Shown here piece after piece: positions 7,242 through 16,771 of a stretch of DNA of 64,000 nt. The stretch's first letter is position 1. Every line of letters begins with the position of its first letter. The position numbers and the translations under genes were made by a program. The notes below the pieces were generated by a model. It had not been told where the DNA came from. It was given only the letters and a program-made list of their open reading frames with translations, and did not search any database. Source of the DNA: Syntrophorhabdales bacterium (GTDB lineage Bacteria; Desulfobacterota; Syntrophorhabdia; Syntrophorhabdales; WCHB1-27); the NCBI GenBank assembly GCA_035315185.1, contig DATFYE010000113.1, forward strand, positions 14,202 through 78,201, in the 5' to 3' direction.

Positions 7242-9146
7242 ATGAAAACAGCGAGACTGACAGCGCGTTTACTGTGCATCGCAATGATGCTGGCCCTCCT
7301 GCCCGCCGTGGGATGGGCTACGGACCCATTAGCCCTGCCCGCACCGACCGGAACGCTGCATGTAACGGTGGATGGTACGTCCTTTACCGTAACCTACTAT
7401 CAGAATGTCGTCTATGTGACGAATCCTGTCCAAGTAAAGAGCGGCTCAACTTACACGTATAACTACCAGTCGATGAACATCTATGTGCCTCAGAATGCCA
7501 CAGAGAATTCCCCCATCATTCTGCAGGACAACAACAGCGGGTGGATTGGCGCCCCGCCGGGCGCTTCAGTCGTGGACGGCACAGCGTACAGCACCGATTC
7601 AACAAATACAACTAATCAAAAGGTAGCCGCGGAGTTGAGGGCGGGTTACGTCATCGCGAACGTCGGCTGCCGCAGCCGTAACACGACAGATGTAAACGGC
7701 AACTATATCGGCCACGCCCCCGCCCAGGTTGTGGACGTCAAAGCCGCTATCCGCTACCTGCGTTACAATGACGCAGCCATGCCCGGCACCACGAAGCGCA
7801 TCATCATCACCGGAACCAGCGGCGGCGGCGCACTGGGTGTGGCCATTGCGGCCGGCGGCAACAACCCGGACTACTACCCCTACCTGTACGCGCTCGGGGC
7901 CGCAGGCGTCACCTGTAATAGCAGCACCTGCTCTTCCACGCTCGAGGACGATGTGTTTGGGACGGTGCTCTACTGCCCGATCGCCGACCTGAATCACATG
8001 GACGCGGCCTATGAGTGGATGTACGGCCAGACCAGGAAGGAACTACCCACCTTCGTAATGCCGGACGGAACGGTCTTAACCTACTCCACAGCACAGTATG
8101 ATGCCTCCGACTTTTATGCGGCGGACTACGTCACCTATTTCAATGGTCTCGGCCTGACGGATGAGAATGGAAAAGGACTGACCGCCTCGAATTTCCGCGA
8201 CGCCATCAAAGCCGCAGCCGAGTACGGAGTCGAGAAAGCGTATCGTGAGCTCGGCACAGCACAGATGGCTGCCGACAGCAGCAGCAGTACATACCCGGAC
8301 AGCAGCTGGTACTCGGTAAACAAGAAGGGCAAAGCGACCGTCAATTTGGACAAGTACCTGTACTTTGTTGCAAAGAACACACAGTTGAAGGGTATTCCGG
8401 CATCCGACAATCTTGCCTCACCCCTCCCCAAGCCCGAGCCTAGTCACAACGAGTCCACCGAAGCCGGCACCACATCACAGGCATACAGCAACTTTGACGA
8501 CTGGGCCTGGAACAACAACGCCATCAAGGGTGACGGCGTCGGTTACGACGATACCGGCCTACAATGGAAAGATTTCATTCAGACCAATGCCGGCAAGGCG
8601 GTGGTGAAGCAGATGGATATGATAAGCCCAATGCCGTACCTGGTGAAGGGCACGGGCGACGCCGCACCGTACTGGTACTTCCGTGCTGGGATGAAAGACC
8701 GTGACACATCCTTCGATGTGCCAGTTGCCCTGTACTATGCCGTCCTGAACTCCAGATATGTCGACGACGTGAACTTCAATCTCGCGTGGCTGAAGCCGCA
8801 CGCGGGCGACTACGACGTGCCGGAGGCCTATGAGTGGGTCGCCGAGGCTGTGGACAATGCGAAATACTTTGACCTCGTGGACGCTGCGATACCCAATACG
8901 GTAACTCAAGGCTTCAGCCTCCCCACCGGCGATCAGTATAACGTAATCACTTACAGAAGCAGCAACAAGAAAGTCTTTAATGTCGTAAATGGACAGGCTG
9001 TCGTAACTCCTCCTGCCAAGAAGGATGCTACAGTGACCCTGACGGTTAGAGTCGTCAGCGACAGAATTTTCGCCTTCGGCTTCTACAACTACGGCAAGGT
9101 CGATGTGACCCGCGAATTTGCGTTCATTGTACCCGCGGGCAAATAA
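7242..9146 (+). CDS. Secreted alpha/beta-hydrolase, subtype-B tannase/feruloyl-esterase-like, with a C-terminal Ig-like domain
   Basis: Signal peptide (LLCIAMMLALLPAVGWA), nucleophile elbow IIITGTSGGG (G-x-S-x-G), and a C-terminal VVTPPAKKDATVTLTVRVVSD Ig-like segment. Confidence 0.7.
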   Translation: MKTARLTARLLCIAMMLALLPAVGWATDPLALPAPTGTLHVTVDGTSFTVTYYQNVVYVTNPVQVKSGSTYTYNYQSMNIYVPQNATENSPIILQDNNSGWIGAPPGASVVDGTAYSTDSTNTTNQKVAAELRAGYVIANVGCRSRNTTDVNGNYIGHAPAQVVDVKAAIRYLRYNDAAMPGTTKRIIITGTSGGGALGVAIAAGGNNPDYYPYLYALGAAGVTCNSSTCSSTLEDDVFGTVLYCPIADLNHMDAAYEWMYGQTRKELPTFVMPDGTVLTYSTAQYDASDFYAADYVTYFNGLGLTDENGKGLTASNFRDAIKAAAEYGVEKAYRELGTAQMAADSSSSTYPDSSWYSVNKKGKATVNLDKYLYFVAKNTQLKGIPASDNLASPLPKPEPSHNESTEAGTTSQAYSNFDDWAWNNNAIKGDGVGYDDTGLQWKDFIQTNAGKAVVKQMDMISPMPYLVKGTGDAAPYWYFRAGMKDRDTSFDVPVALYYAVLNSRYVDDVNFNLAWLKPHAGDYDVPEAYEWVAEAVDNAKYFDLVDAAIPNTVTQGFSLPTGDQYNVITYRSSNKKVFNVVNGQAVVTPPAKKDATVTLTVRVVSDRIFAFGFYNYGKVDVTREFAFIVPAGK

Positions 9147-9542
9147 ATTGTCGATATCAAAAAGTTAGCCCAATATTAGTCCAGGCGACCGACAGGGCTT
9201 GTTGTCTGTGTAATGCAGGCAATAAGCCCTTTAGGTTTCATCGCCTGTTTGAATGCATCGGCGATGCCGAGGGGTCTGGCAAAACTTGTCTTTGCCTGGG
9301 TCGTAACCATAACACGGCGGCAAACGGGTGGGAACACCTGAAACGTTCATTGCGGCAGTCGAAAAGAAATGACCGGTAGCTTCTACTCTTTAGCAGAAGA
9401 ACCGGGGCACTTATGCGTAGCTTTTGGTTTACGTGATGGCTTCTTTTGGTTGCTGGTATTTCCCATTCTCGATTTCTATAGGTAATTGGTAATTTTCTAA
9501 CAATATAGCCATTGAAGAATAGTAGGTGGAGTCCTCAGCCCC

Positions 9543-9647
9543 TTACAGCTCCACCCCATGCAGGAACACAGCAGATATGACTGTCCCCACTAAAACGGCT
9601 AGGACGAATACCAACACCATCAGCGTTGCGTAGAGAATCCGTCTCAT
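9543..9647 (-). CDS. Candidate 34-aa hydrophobic small protein
   Basis: MRRILYATLMVLVFVLAVLVGTVISAVFLHGVEL, preceded by a GGAAGGGAG RBS 6 nt upstream of the ATG. Found by hand; too short for the ORF track. Confidence 0.3.
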   Translation of the reverse strand: MRRILYATLMVLVFVLAVLVGTVISAVFLHGVEL

Positions 9648-9924
9648 CAAATGCTCCCTTCCTTAAGGGAAAGTATAAGGAACCCTGCTTTCCACATGAT
9701 AACATGACCGCCTAGAAAGGCAAGTGATTAAAGGCTTATTTTTTTGGTGGTCTAACGGGCTAATCATACAGGCTTAGAGAAAGGTTGCCTGCGGTAGTCC
9801 AAGCGAACATGGATACTACTTATTTGACTTCACTATCGGAATTCAATAAATTCTTGCTTGGGTTAAATCTTCCATCAACATTCTCTGGCTCTAAAATGTT
9901 AGGTGGGGACTATGGAGGAGGGAA

Positions 9925-10437
9925 ATGATTCCCGAAATCAAGAAAATTCTTTATGCGACGGATCTCAGTAAAAACTCAGCCTACGCCTTTTTTTATGCTG
10001 CCGATATGGCAAAGAGACATGGCGCAAGCATTGTCATGTTACATTCCGTTGAACCTGGTCATCCGATATCTTACGCAGGATCCATGGTTGAAAGAATGGT
10101 AAAAAACGCTAGAAAGGAGGAACAGGAAGAGGACGTTGAAGAAATCAAGAAAGGACTCGAGGAATTTTGTAAGAAAGTAGAGCCTCAAGCTGGCCATGCA
10201 TGTCTTGCACTGGTATCCAAAATCCTCGTTCCCTTGGGCCATCCCGTTGAAGAGATTCTGAAGATAGCGGATGAAGAAAGTTGCGATGCGATCGTCCTCG
10301 GGACCCACGGAAAAGGATGGTTGAAACAGACCTTTCTCGGAAGCGTGGCTTGTTCAGTATTGGAGCGCACCCGAAAACCGGTTTTCGTTATACCGTTGCC
10401 CTCCGAGAAAACCACTATTGATTGGGATAAAATCTGA
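9925..10437 (+). CDS. Universal stress protein (UspA family)
   Basis: ILYATDLS..S..A...A..MA...GA.IVMLHSV ... IVLGTHGKGWLKQTFLGSVACSVLERTRKPVFVIP. Confidence 0.9.
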   Translation: MIPEIKKILYATDLSKNSAYAFFYAADMAKRHGASIVMLHSVEPGHPISYAGSMVERMVKNARKEEQEEDVEEIKKGLEEFCKKVEPQAGHACLALVSKILVPLGHPVEEILKIADEESCDAIVLGTHGKGWLKQTFLGSVACSVLERTRKPVFVIPLPSEKTTIDWDKI

Positions 10438-10555
10438 CAGATTGCTATCCAACGATAGAAGAAATATGGCCCTCAGTCTCCGCGTTCCCACGGGACAATT
10501 CAAGGCCGTATTTGAGATATAGTGAGAGCCACTGGGCGCAGTAACGAAGGCTCCT

Positions 10556-10804
10556 TTAATGGAGCTGAGCCTGACCCTGACAAGTGGCACACGTACAGTT
10601 AGCGCTGTGCGGTGAATCTGAAGCACGGGTGGGAACCTGTGATGCCGCAGCTCGTGCTTCCTTTGAAATCGTCACTGAATCAGTTTTACTCCCCTCATTT
10701 CCTTTTTGAGCCGTCTTGCTGTGTTTTGCCACCGTAGCAGGACGCGGAGCTTGTGACAGGGCATTTATCTTGGCCTGGTTTGGATCGATTGGGGAAACTG
10801 ACAT
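10556..10804 (-). CDS. Hypothetical 82-aa protein, with a weakly FlgM-like N-terminal half and a CTCATC C-terminus
   Basis: AGGGAGG RBS 7 nt upstream. DSVTISKEARAAAS resembles the FlgM N-region, but the FlgM C-terminal sigma-28-binding helices are absent. Confidence 0.5.
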   Translation of the reverse strand: MSVSPIDPNQAKINALSQAPRPATVAKHSKTAQKGNEGSKTDSVTISKEARAAASQVPTRASDSPHSANCTCATCQGQAQLH

Positions 10805-11136
10805 GTGCTGCCTCCCTTCTCAGTATTTGCCAGTATTATGTTATCGGAACTTTGATAGGATTCCTGAGGGTCTGAAAGATCACTAAAGACTTTACTCGTA
10901 ACTGGCAACCAAACTACTTGGAATACTTCCCGCGAGAACCTAATCCCAAAATACTCCCGCCTATTGGACTCCAGCCACATTTGCCGGTACAATTTAACCG
11001 GTGAGCGCTTATTCTGCTGAAGGTTTTCCTAGAGTAGTGATCTGCCCGAACTGTGGCCAAAAGATCCTGGCAACTCGTCCCCATATGCCCCCACCTTCAT
11101 TTTACCCCCTGGAAAGAATACACTACGTCTTCACTT

Positions 11137-11185
11137 CAAGCCCACCCTACCATGCTGTCTACTGCACTGCGTGCCCCACGGGTCA
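11137..11185. repeat. Dispersed short repeat, copy B
   Basis: CAAGCCCACCCTACCATGCTGTCTACTGCACTGCGTGCCCCACGGGTCA. Confidence 0.75.
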
Positions 11186-11290
11186 TCAACAATCCGTTTT
11201 GCAGGGAGGGGGGCGGTGTCCTTCCTCCTGCTTTTTTTGGCACACTCAAATTTGTAAAACCATAAGTTTTCTGTTTAGCCTTTGCTCCCG

Positions 11291-13069
11291 CTATTCCGAA
11301 CGCTGTTTCAACTGGGCCAGTAGCCAATTATATTGGGAACGTGCATGGGAAATAAGCTCAAGGAAAGTCATCAGTTTTACGTCGTCCTCTGTGTAGTTCG
11401 TTCTTACTCCCTTATCGCGCTTCCCGCCAATCACGATGACCTCCATTTCTCTCAAGTTGGCCAAAAGATCGTGACGGTATGCGATGGCCTGCAGATAATC
11501 AGCATGGGTAAGGGTATGATTAGGCCTTTTGAACTCGATCAGGGAGTGCCTTCCCAATAAGTCATTGGCAAGAAGAAGGTCCGGGCGTTTGGAAGCCCTA
11601 ATTCCGGAGAATTTGGTCGATAGATATTCCTCCGCAATTCTTTTGAGTGCAATGTTTGAAGATTTTAAAGAATACTCCGGACCGAAGATCCACAGACGAT
11701 TCTCAAGCGCTTGGTGTGCATGCTTCTCTAGGGTAGCGGGATTTACCACAATTTCTTCAAACTCATCTATCAGGCGAAGGCGATATGTCAGCTGATGCTG
11801 CATCATTGACAACTCCACGAAGCTTGATTCTTCCAATGCTCGGGCAAAAGATTCAATATCGCTTCTTTTCGCTTTGTCGATCTTGTCAATTATGAAATAG
11901 TACTCATCTCTTTCTATTGCCTCCAGAACCACGTTTACCAAGGGCTCAAGCTTTTCGTCAGGCTCGTCATAATACTTTTGCAGTAGTCGCTGGAGAGCTC
12001 TTTGGGCGAAAACTTTCTTGAATTCTGGTAGCTGCTCAAGCCTTCGGTTTATTTTTTGTTGCAGGCGGGCTTGGGCCAAATGAATTTGTTGTCCATATAC
12101 TTTTTTGGCCGCCTCTCTAATTTCGCCTGCCACCCAAGTCCGCAACGCATCATAGCCTTTGCTATTCTCAATAACCGTTCCCCAATCTGCAGTCACATCT
12201 GACAGGAGGCCATCGGCCTCTACTTCGCCGTATATTTTGCCAAGGACGGATTTGGGAAAATCTTCACTGTCTTCGAGGCCAAAAAAATGTGGTTTTCCTA
12301 TAACCTTACCCTCCACACGAATAGCGATTCCTGCATTCCTAAAACGCCGCCTTGCTTCTGCGACGGTGAAAGCCAGAGCCGCTCGGCCCACACCATCAAT
12401 GTTTGCCTCTGCGGTATGCGTTTCTCCTTGAATGTGTTCATAGGTGACTTTTTCATCATCAACGTGAAGTGTGAAATCCTCTTCCCGCCCATAATCCCGA
12501 ATCAGCAGCTCTCGAAGCTTTTCTGGCAGAGGGAATCTCAAGTTCTGGTTTAATCCGCTTAGCGTGACCTTTGTTCCGTGCTTATCAGCCGCTACTTCTT
12601 CAATGGTGGGAATTAGATCCAATTCCTCCAGGTCACGGGATGCTTCTACAAGCCTTCCTTTCTCCAAGATTATTGAAGTGTAGACGCCTCTGGCCCATGT
12701 CTCCAATTGCATAGAGGACGCAGTGACGAGACCGGCAAATTTCCCGATGCCTTTTCTTCCTTTTACCTTTCTTTTCTTTCCGATGGTGAGTTGGCCCTTT
12801 GAACTAATCCGATCCTTTGCCACTACGAGATATTCGCTCTGAAGCTCTTGCGGCGTCATGCCCGTTCCATCATCTTCGATAACAAGGAAATCGGCTGTAT
12901 CGGGCTTGGGAAGCCGAATCCAGACATTGTCGGCATCAGCATCCCAGCAGTTGTCCACAAGCTCTTTGATAGCTGCTTCTGATGAGCGGTAATTCTCGCT
13001 CAGAAGAATCACTAACCTGGAATCAACTCGAAATTGCGGCTGTGCCATATTGCCTCTCTTTCTCGTCAA
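11291..13069 (-). CDS. GHKL (MORC/Hsp90-like, HATPase_c_3) ATPase fused to a C-terminal PD-(D/E)xK, Shedu/DUF4263-like nuclease domain
   Basis: N-terminus: IKELVDNCWDADADNVWI...LVIEDDGTGMT...GRKGIGKFAG (N, G1 and G2 boxes). C-terminus: WIFGPEYSL...RPDLLLAN...HSLIEFKRP (D...E-x-K). An alternative start is M8 at 13048. Confidence 0.75.
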   Translation of the reverse strand: MTRKRGNMAQPQFRVDSRLVILLSENYRSSEAAIKELVDNCWDADADNVWIRLPKPDTADFLVIEDDGTGMTPQELQSEYLVVAKDRISSKGQLTIGKKRKVKGRKGIGKFAGLVTASSMQLETWARGVYTSIILEKGRLVEASRDLEELDLIPTIEEVAADKHGTKVTLSGLNQNLRFPLPEKLRELLIRDYGREEDFTLHVDDEKVTYEHIQGETHTAEANIDGVGRAALAFTVAEARRRFRNAGIAIRVEGKVIGKPHFFGLEDSEDFPKSVLGKIYGEVEADGLLSDVTADWGTVIENSKGYDALRTWVAGEIREAAKKVYGQQIHLAQARLQQKINRRLEQLPEFKKVFAQRALQRLLQKYYDEPDEKLEPLVNVVLEAIERDEYYFIIDKIDKAKRSDIESFARALEESSFVELSMMQHQLTYRLRLIDEFEEIVVNPATLEKHAHQALENRLWIFGPEYSLKSSNIALKRIAEEYLSTKFSGIRASKRPDLLLANDLLGRHSLIEFKRPNHTLTHADYLQAIAYRHDLLANLREMEVIVIGGKRDKGVRTNYTEDDVKLMTFLELISHARSQYNWLLAQLKQRSE

Positions 13070-13117
13070 GACTGTTATATTTGAGCAGCAACGTGAGTCT
13101 AGAGTTAGGATAGTATG

Positions 13118-13540
13118 CTACAGATACTGTCTCACATAATCCTCCGGAAGATCGCAGTCTCTTGCCCCTGTGCGTATGATCTTTCGGTACGGATGTGATG
13201 GGTCACCACGCTTCTGGGCCGGTCTGAGATAAATCCATGCTTGGTGGCTGGCGCCCGAGTCGTCTTTCACCGGCAGCTTTTGTCGCCCATAGACATGCGG
13301 ATATCCCTCAAGTCGATCCAAACTTTCGAGGTCCTTTTCCGATATTTCGAATATACCTCCCCAAACCACACTATTTTTGCTCGGAGCTACATTGCCCACC
13401 GCTCCACCACGTCTCTCAGAATAACCATCATACATAAAGCTATACTCCGGGAGTAAGGCCCTGCCCACAAATCTGCTGTCAGGGCATCTTTCCTTCATCT
13501 GCTCATGACTCATGTTTGACCCATATGCAAAGTAGAACAT
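13118..13540 (-). CDS. Gamma-glutamylcyclotransferase (AIG2/GGACT-like) family protein
   Basis: MFYFAYGSNMSHEQM...VWGGIFEIS..DLESLDRLEGYP. 48 bp upstream of, and co-oriented with, the GHKL-nuclease gene. Confidence 0.8.
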   Translation of the reverse strand: MFYFAYGSNMSHEQMKERCPDSRFVGRALLPEYSFMYDGYSERRGGAVGNVAPSKNSVVWGGIFEISEKDLESLDRLEGYPHVYGRQKLPVKDDSGASHQAWIYLRPAQKRGDPSHPYRKIIRTGARDCDLPEDYVRQYL

Positions 13541-13995
13541 TCTATGCCCCTCGGCAAAATTTAGCGTATCTCATTAACCCTTTCATGTCCGCATATAACA
13601 AATAATATCCGAATCTTGTCTTCTCCGAAATAATATGCTCTGCCTCCTGAAAAGGCAACTACGAAATGTAATGCGAAGAAAGATGGCCAGGGAGCAGATA
13701 CGCAAGGGTCTGTTCATGAGTCACTTCTATTCATGAGGTGAGGATAGCCTAGATTGTGCTGTCGGGTGAAGGCAAGACTCATGTGAGGCTGGGACATGGA
13801 CTCAGATGATGAAGAGATGGCGGAGATGAAGTAATTCCTGAAAGGGTAAATCTGTACTATAATTAAAGCAGTGATTGTTACATTTAGTAAATTGTGATCC
13901 GGCCGAATCAGTGGAGATTTTGTTTCGGTTTGTAGTTGATGGCAATATTTTTGAACAATAAACCAGTGCCTTTGTAACGGAATAGGGGAGCACAA

Positions 13996-14856
13996 ATGGA
14001 AGAGTTGGCTGTCAAGAATCTATTGGGACAGTATCTTAATGAACATGGTTACAGTTTCCAATATGCCGTGCTGAAAGCTATAAATGACCTATACGATGAA
14101 GGTAAGTCTCCGTGGCTTTTTGAGGTGGCAGAGTTTCCCGTGGAAGTCAATGGAACTCCGACACATATAGACTTTATCCTCAGACACAAGGAAGCTCCTT
14201 TTTATCTAGTAGCTGAATGTAAGCGTGCTAATCCCGCTATCTCAAACTGGTGCTTTGTAAAAGCTCCATATGTCAGCAGAGATATACGTGACGGAAACGA
14301 AAGAATTGTCCGTGAGGTGGTGAACGCCAACGGTGGGACCTCGTTGCAGTGGCTAAAGAGGACTCAGGATATTTATCGATTAGCATTTGAGGTTAAGAGC
14401 ACTGCAAAGGGGGAAGGGAGTTCCGGGAGAGGACAAGTTAACGATGCACTAACTCAAGTATTAAGGGGCGTGAATGGATTGATTAAATTTGCTGTAGACG
14501 GGTTGTGTAAAGGAAAAACAGCTCTCCTTAAAGGGCAATCTTACGCTGCATTCATGCCCGTTATTTTTACAACAGCAAATCTTTGGGTAACTGATGCTGT
14601 GTTAAGCAAAGCTGATTTATTGAAGGGGACAGGTGACATTTCAAAATTCAATCTGACTGCAAGAGATCAAATTCTTTTCCATTATGCACAATCACCGACG
14701 CTCAAGCACAGTTCTTATAATTACAGTGATGACCCTGGATTGTCGGATGTGCTTTACTTGGAGTACACAAGGTCAATACCGATCGTGAGCGCATCAGCCA
14801 TAGCGGGGTTTCTTCCATACATTAATTGGAGTGACCTGGATGACTGGAATAAGTAA
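13996..14856 (+). CDS. Stand-alone PD-(D/E)xK nuclease-fold protein (uncharacterised)
   Basis: PTHIDFILRH...FYLVAECKRA fits a D...E-x-K core. There is no other recognisable domain. Confidence 0.5.
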   Translation: MEELAVKNLLGQYLNEHGYSFQYAVLKAINDLYDEGKSPWLFEVAEFPVEVNGTPTHIDFILRHKEAPFYLVAECKRANPAISNWCFVKAPYVSRDIRDGNERIVREVVNANGGTSLQWLKRTQDIYRLAFEVKSTAKGEGSSGRGQVNDALTQVLRGVNGLIKFAVDGLCKGKTALLKGQSYAAFMPVIFTTANLWVTDAVLSKADLLKGTGDISKFNLTARDQILFHYAQSPTLKHSSYNYSDDPGLSDVLYLEYTRSIPIVSASAIAGFLPYINWSDLDDWNK

Positions 14857-15036
14857 ACGAGAGTTGCCTCCTGCGCAATGACTCGAACGGTGTTACATGT
14901 TTCATGTGGCAATTGGCTGCCCTATCCTGATTATGTGCTTAAGAAGGTAATCAGGATACTGCACTACCTTATGTGAACGAGTGGTAAGCCGCCTAATCTT
15001 GCTCATCTTGCGTCGACTCCGCAGGGGGGAACGGGA

Positions 15037-15696
15037 ATGGAAACAGGACAAGGGGGAGTGGAAACCGAAAGAGAGTATCATGCAGCTGTGGTGGATGCAC
15101 TTGAGCGAGAAGCTAAGGCTTTCAAGTGCATAGAGGGATGGTTTGTCTGGGTAGGGATTGTTTGGAGTATCGCTCTGCTTGTTTTCGGCCTGGTCTATCT
15201 GTTAGAGACACTTGACGGGGGGTTTTCGTTTGCAGCTCTCGGCCCACTCGTCAAACTACTCATTGTGTTAGTTTTTGCGTTTCTTACCTGGGTGATGCGG
15301 GATAAAATCATGCATGCTTTGGATACGTGGGAACAGCCGCTCCTGAAAAGAGAGCATGATGAGAAGGATGATGAGAAGGCAAGGGAAGCTTTCCGGCGTG
15401 GTGCGAGGATATTCAAATACGGCGTAGAATGCGAGGTTTGGAATGATCAGTTTGTCCCAAAACCAGGCGGCGAGATATTAAATTATGACATCCCATCCGA
15501 TGTTTGGAATGCTTACGATGCTTACTACGATCAGGTACAGAAAGAGCTTGCAGCACAGGACCGCGAAATGTGGCAAAAGCTGCACGAATCCCTCAATAAT
15601 TTAAAGTCTGTCAAAAAACCAGGAAGATGGACAAGATGGAAAGAGAGGCGTTTGAGCACAAGGAAAAGCAATGGTAGCGCAACTACACCTGAGTAA
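15037..15696 (+). CDS. Hypothetical two-TM membrane protein with a charged C-terminal domain
   Basis: TM helices WFVWVGIVWSIALLVFGLVYLL and LVKLLIVLVFAFLTWV. No family recognised. Confidence 0.5.
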   Translation: METGQGGVETEREYHAAVVDALEREAKAFKCIEGWFVWVGIVWSIALLVFGLVYLLETLDGGFSFAALGPLVKLLIVLVFAFLTWVMRDKIMHALDTWEQPLLKREHDEKDDEKAREAFRRGARIFKYGVECEVWNDQFVPKPGGEILNYDIPSDVWNAYDAYYDQVQKELAAQDREMWQKLHESLNNLKSVKKPGRWTRWKERRLSTRKSNGSATTPE

Positions 15697-15918
15697 AGTT
15701 GAAGATGTAACCAGGGAATAATCCGACGGGCCGAAAAGCGCTTTCTCGGGCGCCTTCCCTGGTTCAAATACATGTATAGGAGAGATTTCCTCTATGCTTA
15801 TTCTGATTACCGATTTTCTTTTCGTTGTGCGCGCAACTTGGTACAATTCATTCGAAACAGAAATCAATCAAAAGGGGGCAACACGAGAAAAATAGTCCTG
15901 AGAAGGTCATAACACAAG

Positions 15919-16389
15919 ATGAAAAAATGTCCGTATTGTGCTGAAGACATCCAAGAGGAAGCAAAAAAATGCAAGCACTGCGGGGAATGGCTAAGCGAGA
16001 TCAATCAAGAGCAAACAAAAGAGGTAACTTCTGAGCCGGCGAAGATTCATGCTCCTGAAGCTGAATCTGGTACCGAGACGCTGGAAGTGGTGGAAGGGAA
16101 GGTTTCTAAATCAAGATGGGCTTCAGGATATGGATGGGGCTGGATAGTCTTACTTTGCTTCTATTCTTTGGCGTCAGTATACGGATTTCAAAGTCATCCG
16201 CACGGGTCGGCCGGTTATTACGCGGAAACCATTGGCATTTTTGTAATGCTTGGTTTGTACTATTTTTTGAGGGCAAAAATTGCAAGTCGATGGAAGTTCT
16301 TTGTGGAAAACAGAGGGTTATGTTCATTCGTGGCAGGTATTATAGCCCTCTTTATTGTCGTCTGGACGGTAGGTCTCTTTTTTTATTGA
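15919..16389 (+). CDS. Zinc-ribbon membrane protein
   Basis: N-terminal CPYC...CKHC zinc ribbon (MKKCPYCAEDIQEEAKKCKHCGEWL) followed by 3-4 TM helices. Confidence 0.6.
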   Translation: MKKCPYCAEDIQEEAKKCKHCGEWLSEINQEQTKEVTSEPAKIHAPEAESGTETLEVVEGKVSKSRWASGYGWGWIVLLCFYSLASVYGFQSHPHGSAGYYAETIGIFVMLGLYYFLRAKIASRWKFFVENRGLCSFVAGIIALFIVVWTVGLFFY

Positions 16390-16410
16390 GGGGCGGAGGA
16401 GAAGATCATA

Positions 16411-16734
16411 ATGTCAAAATCCTTCGTGAAAGAATGGACCAAACTGATACGGCCATTGTTTCCTGAGAGTGCAGAAATAATTGAAAAAGTTGCTGGAGAT
16501 GATGTTGTTTTGCTGATTGATTGGAAATTGGGACCGAAAAAAAGATCGCGCTTGATACGAGTGATTGTTTCTAAAGAAGCTATTACAGACTGCCGTGATT
16601 TCAAAGTAGCAGGATCACAATTCGAGAAGATCATCCGGGATAAATTGTCCGTTTTCAACCCAGACCATGATACCCCTGAATATGGCAGCCGTCCGACAGA
16701 GGAATGGGTGGTTAAGACCTCAGATGTAAACTGA
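16411..16734 (+). CDS. Hypothetical 107-aa protein
   Basis: ORF tightly spaced after the zinc-ribbon gene, with a GGAGGAG RBS region upstream. Confidence 0.45.
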   Translation: MSKSFVKEWTKLIRPLFPESAEIIEKVAGDDVVLLIDWKLGPKKRSRLIRVIVSKEAITDCRDFKVAGSQFEKIIRDKLSVFNPDHDTPEYGSRPTEEWVVKTSDVN

Positions 16735-16771
16735 ACCGAAGTGCGAGTAATGATGTAATAGGAGCACGCCC

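Noticed and set aside
10556-10804. Calling the 82-aa protein the anti-sigma-28 factor FlgM
   Set aside because: Only the loosely conserved N-terminal S/T/A-rich region with DSVTIS resembles FlgM. The C-terminal sigma-binding helices are missing, and there are no flagellar genes nearby.
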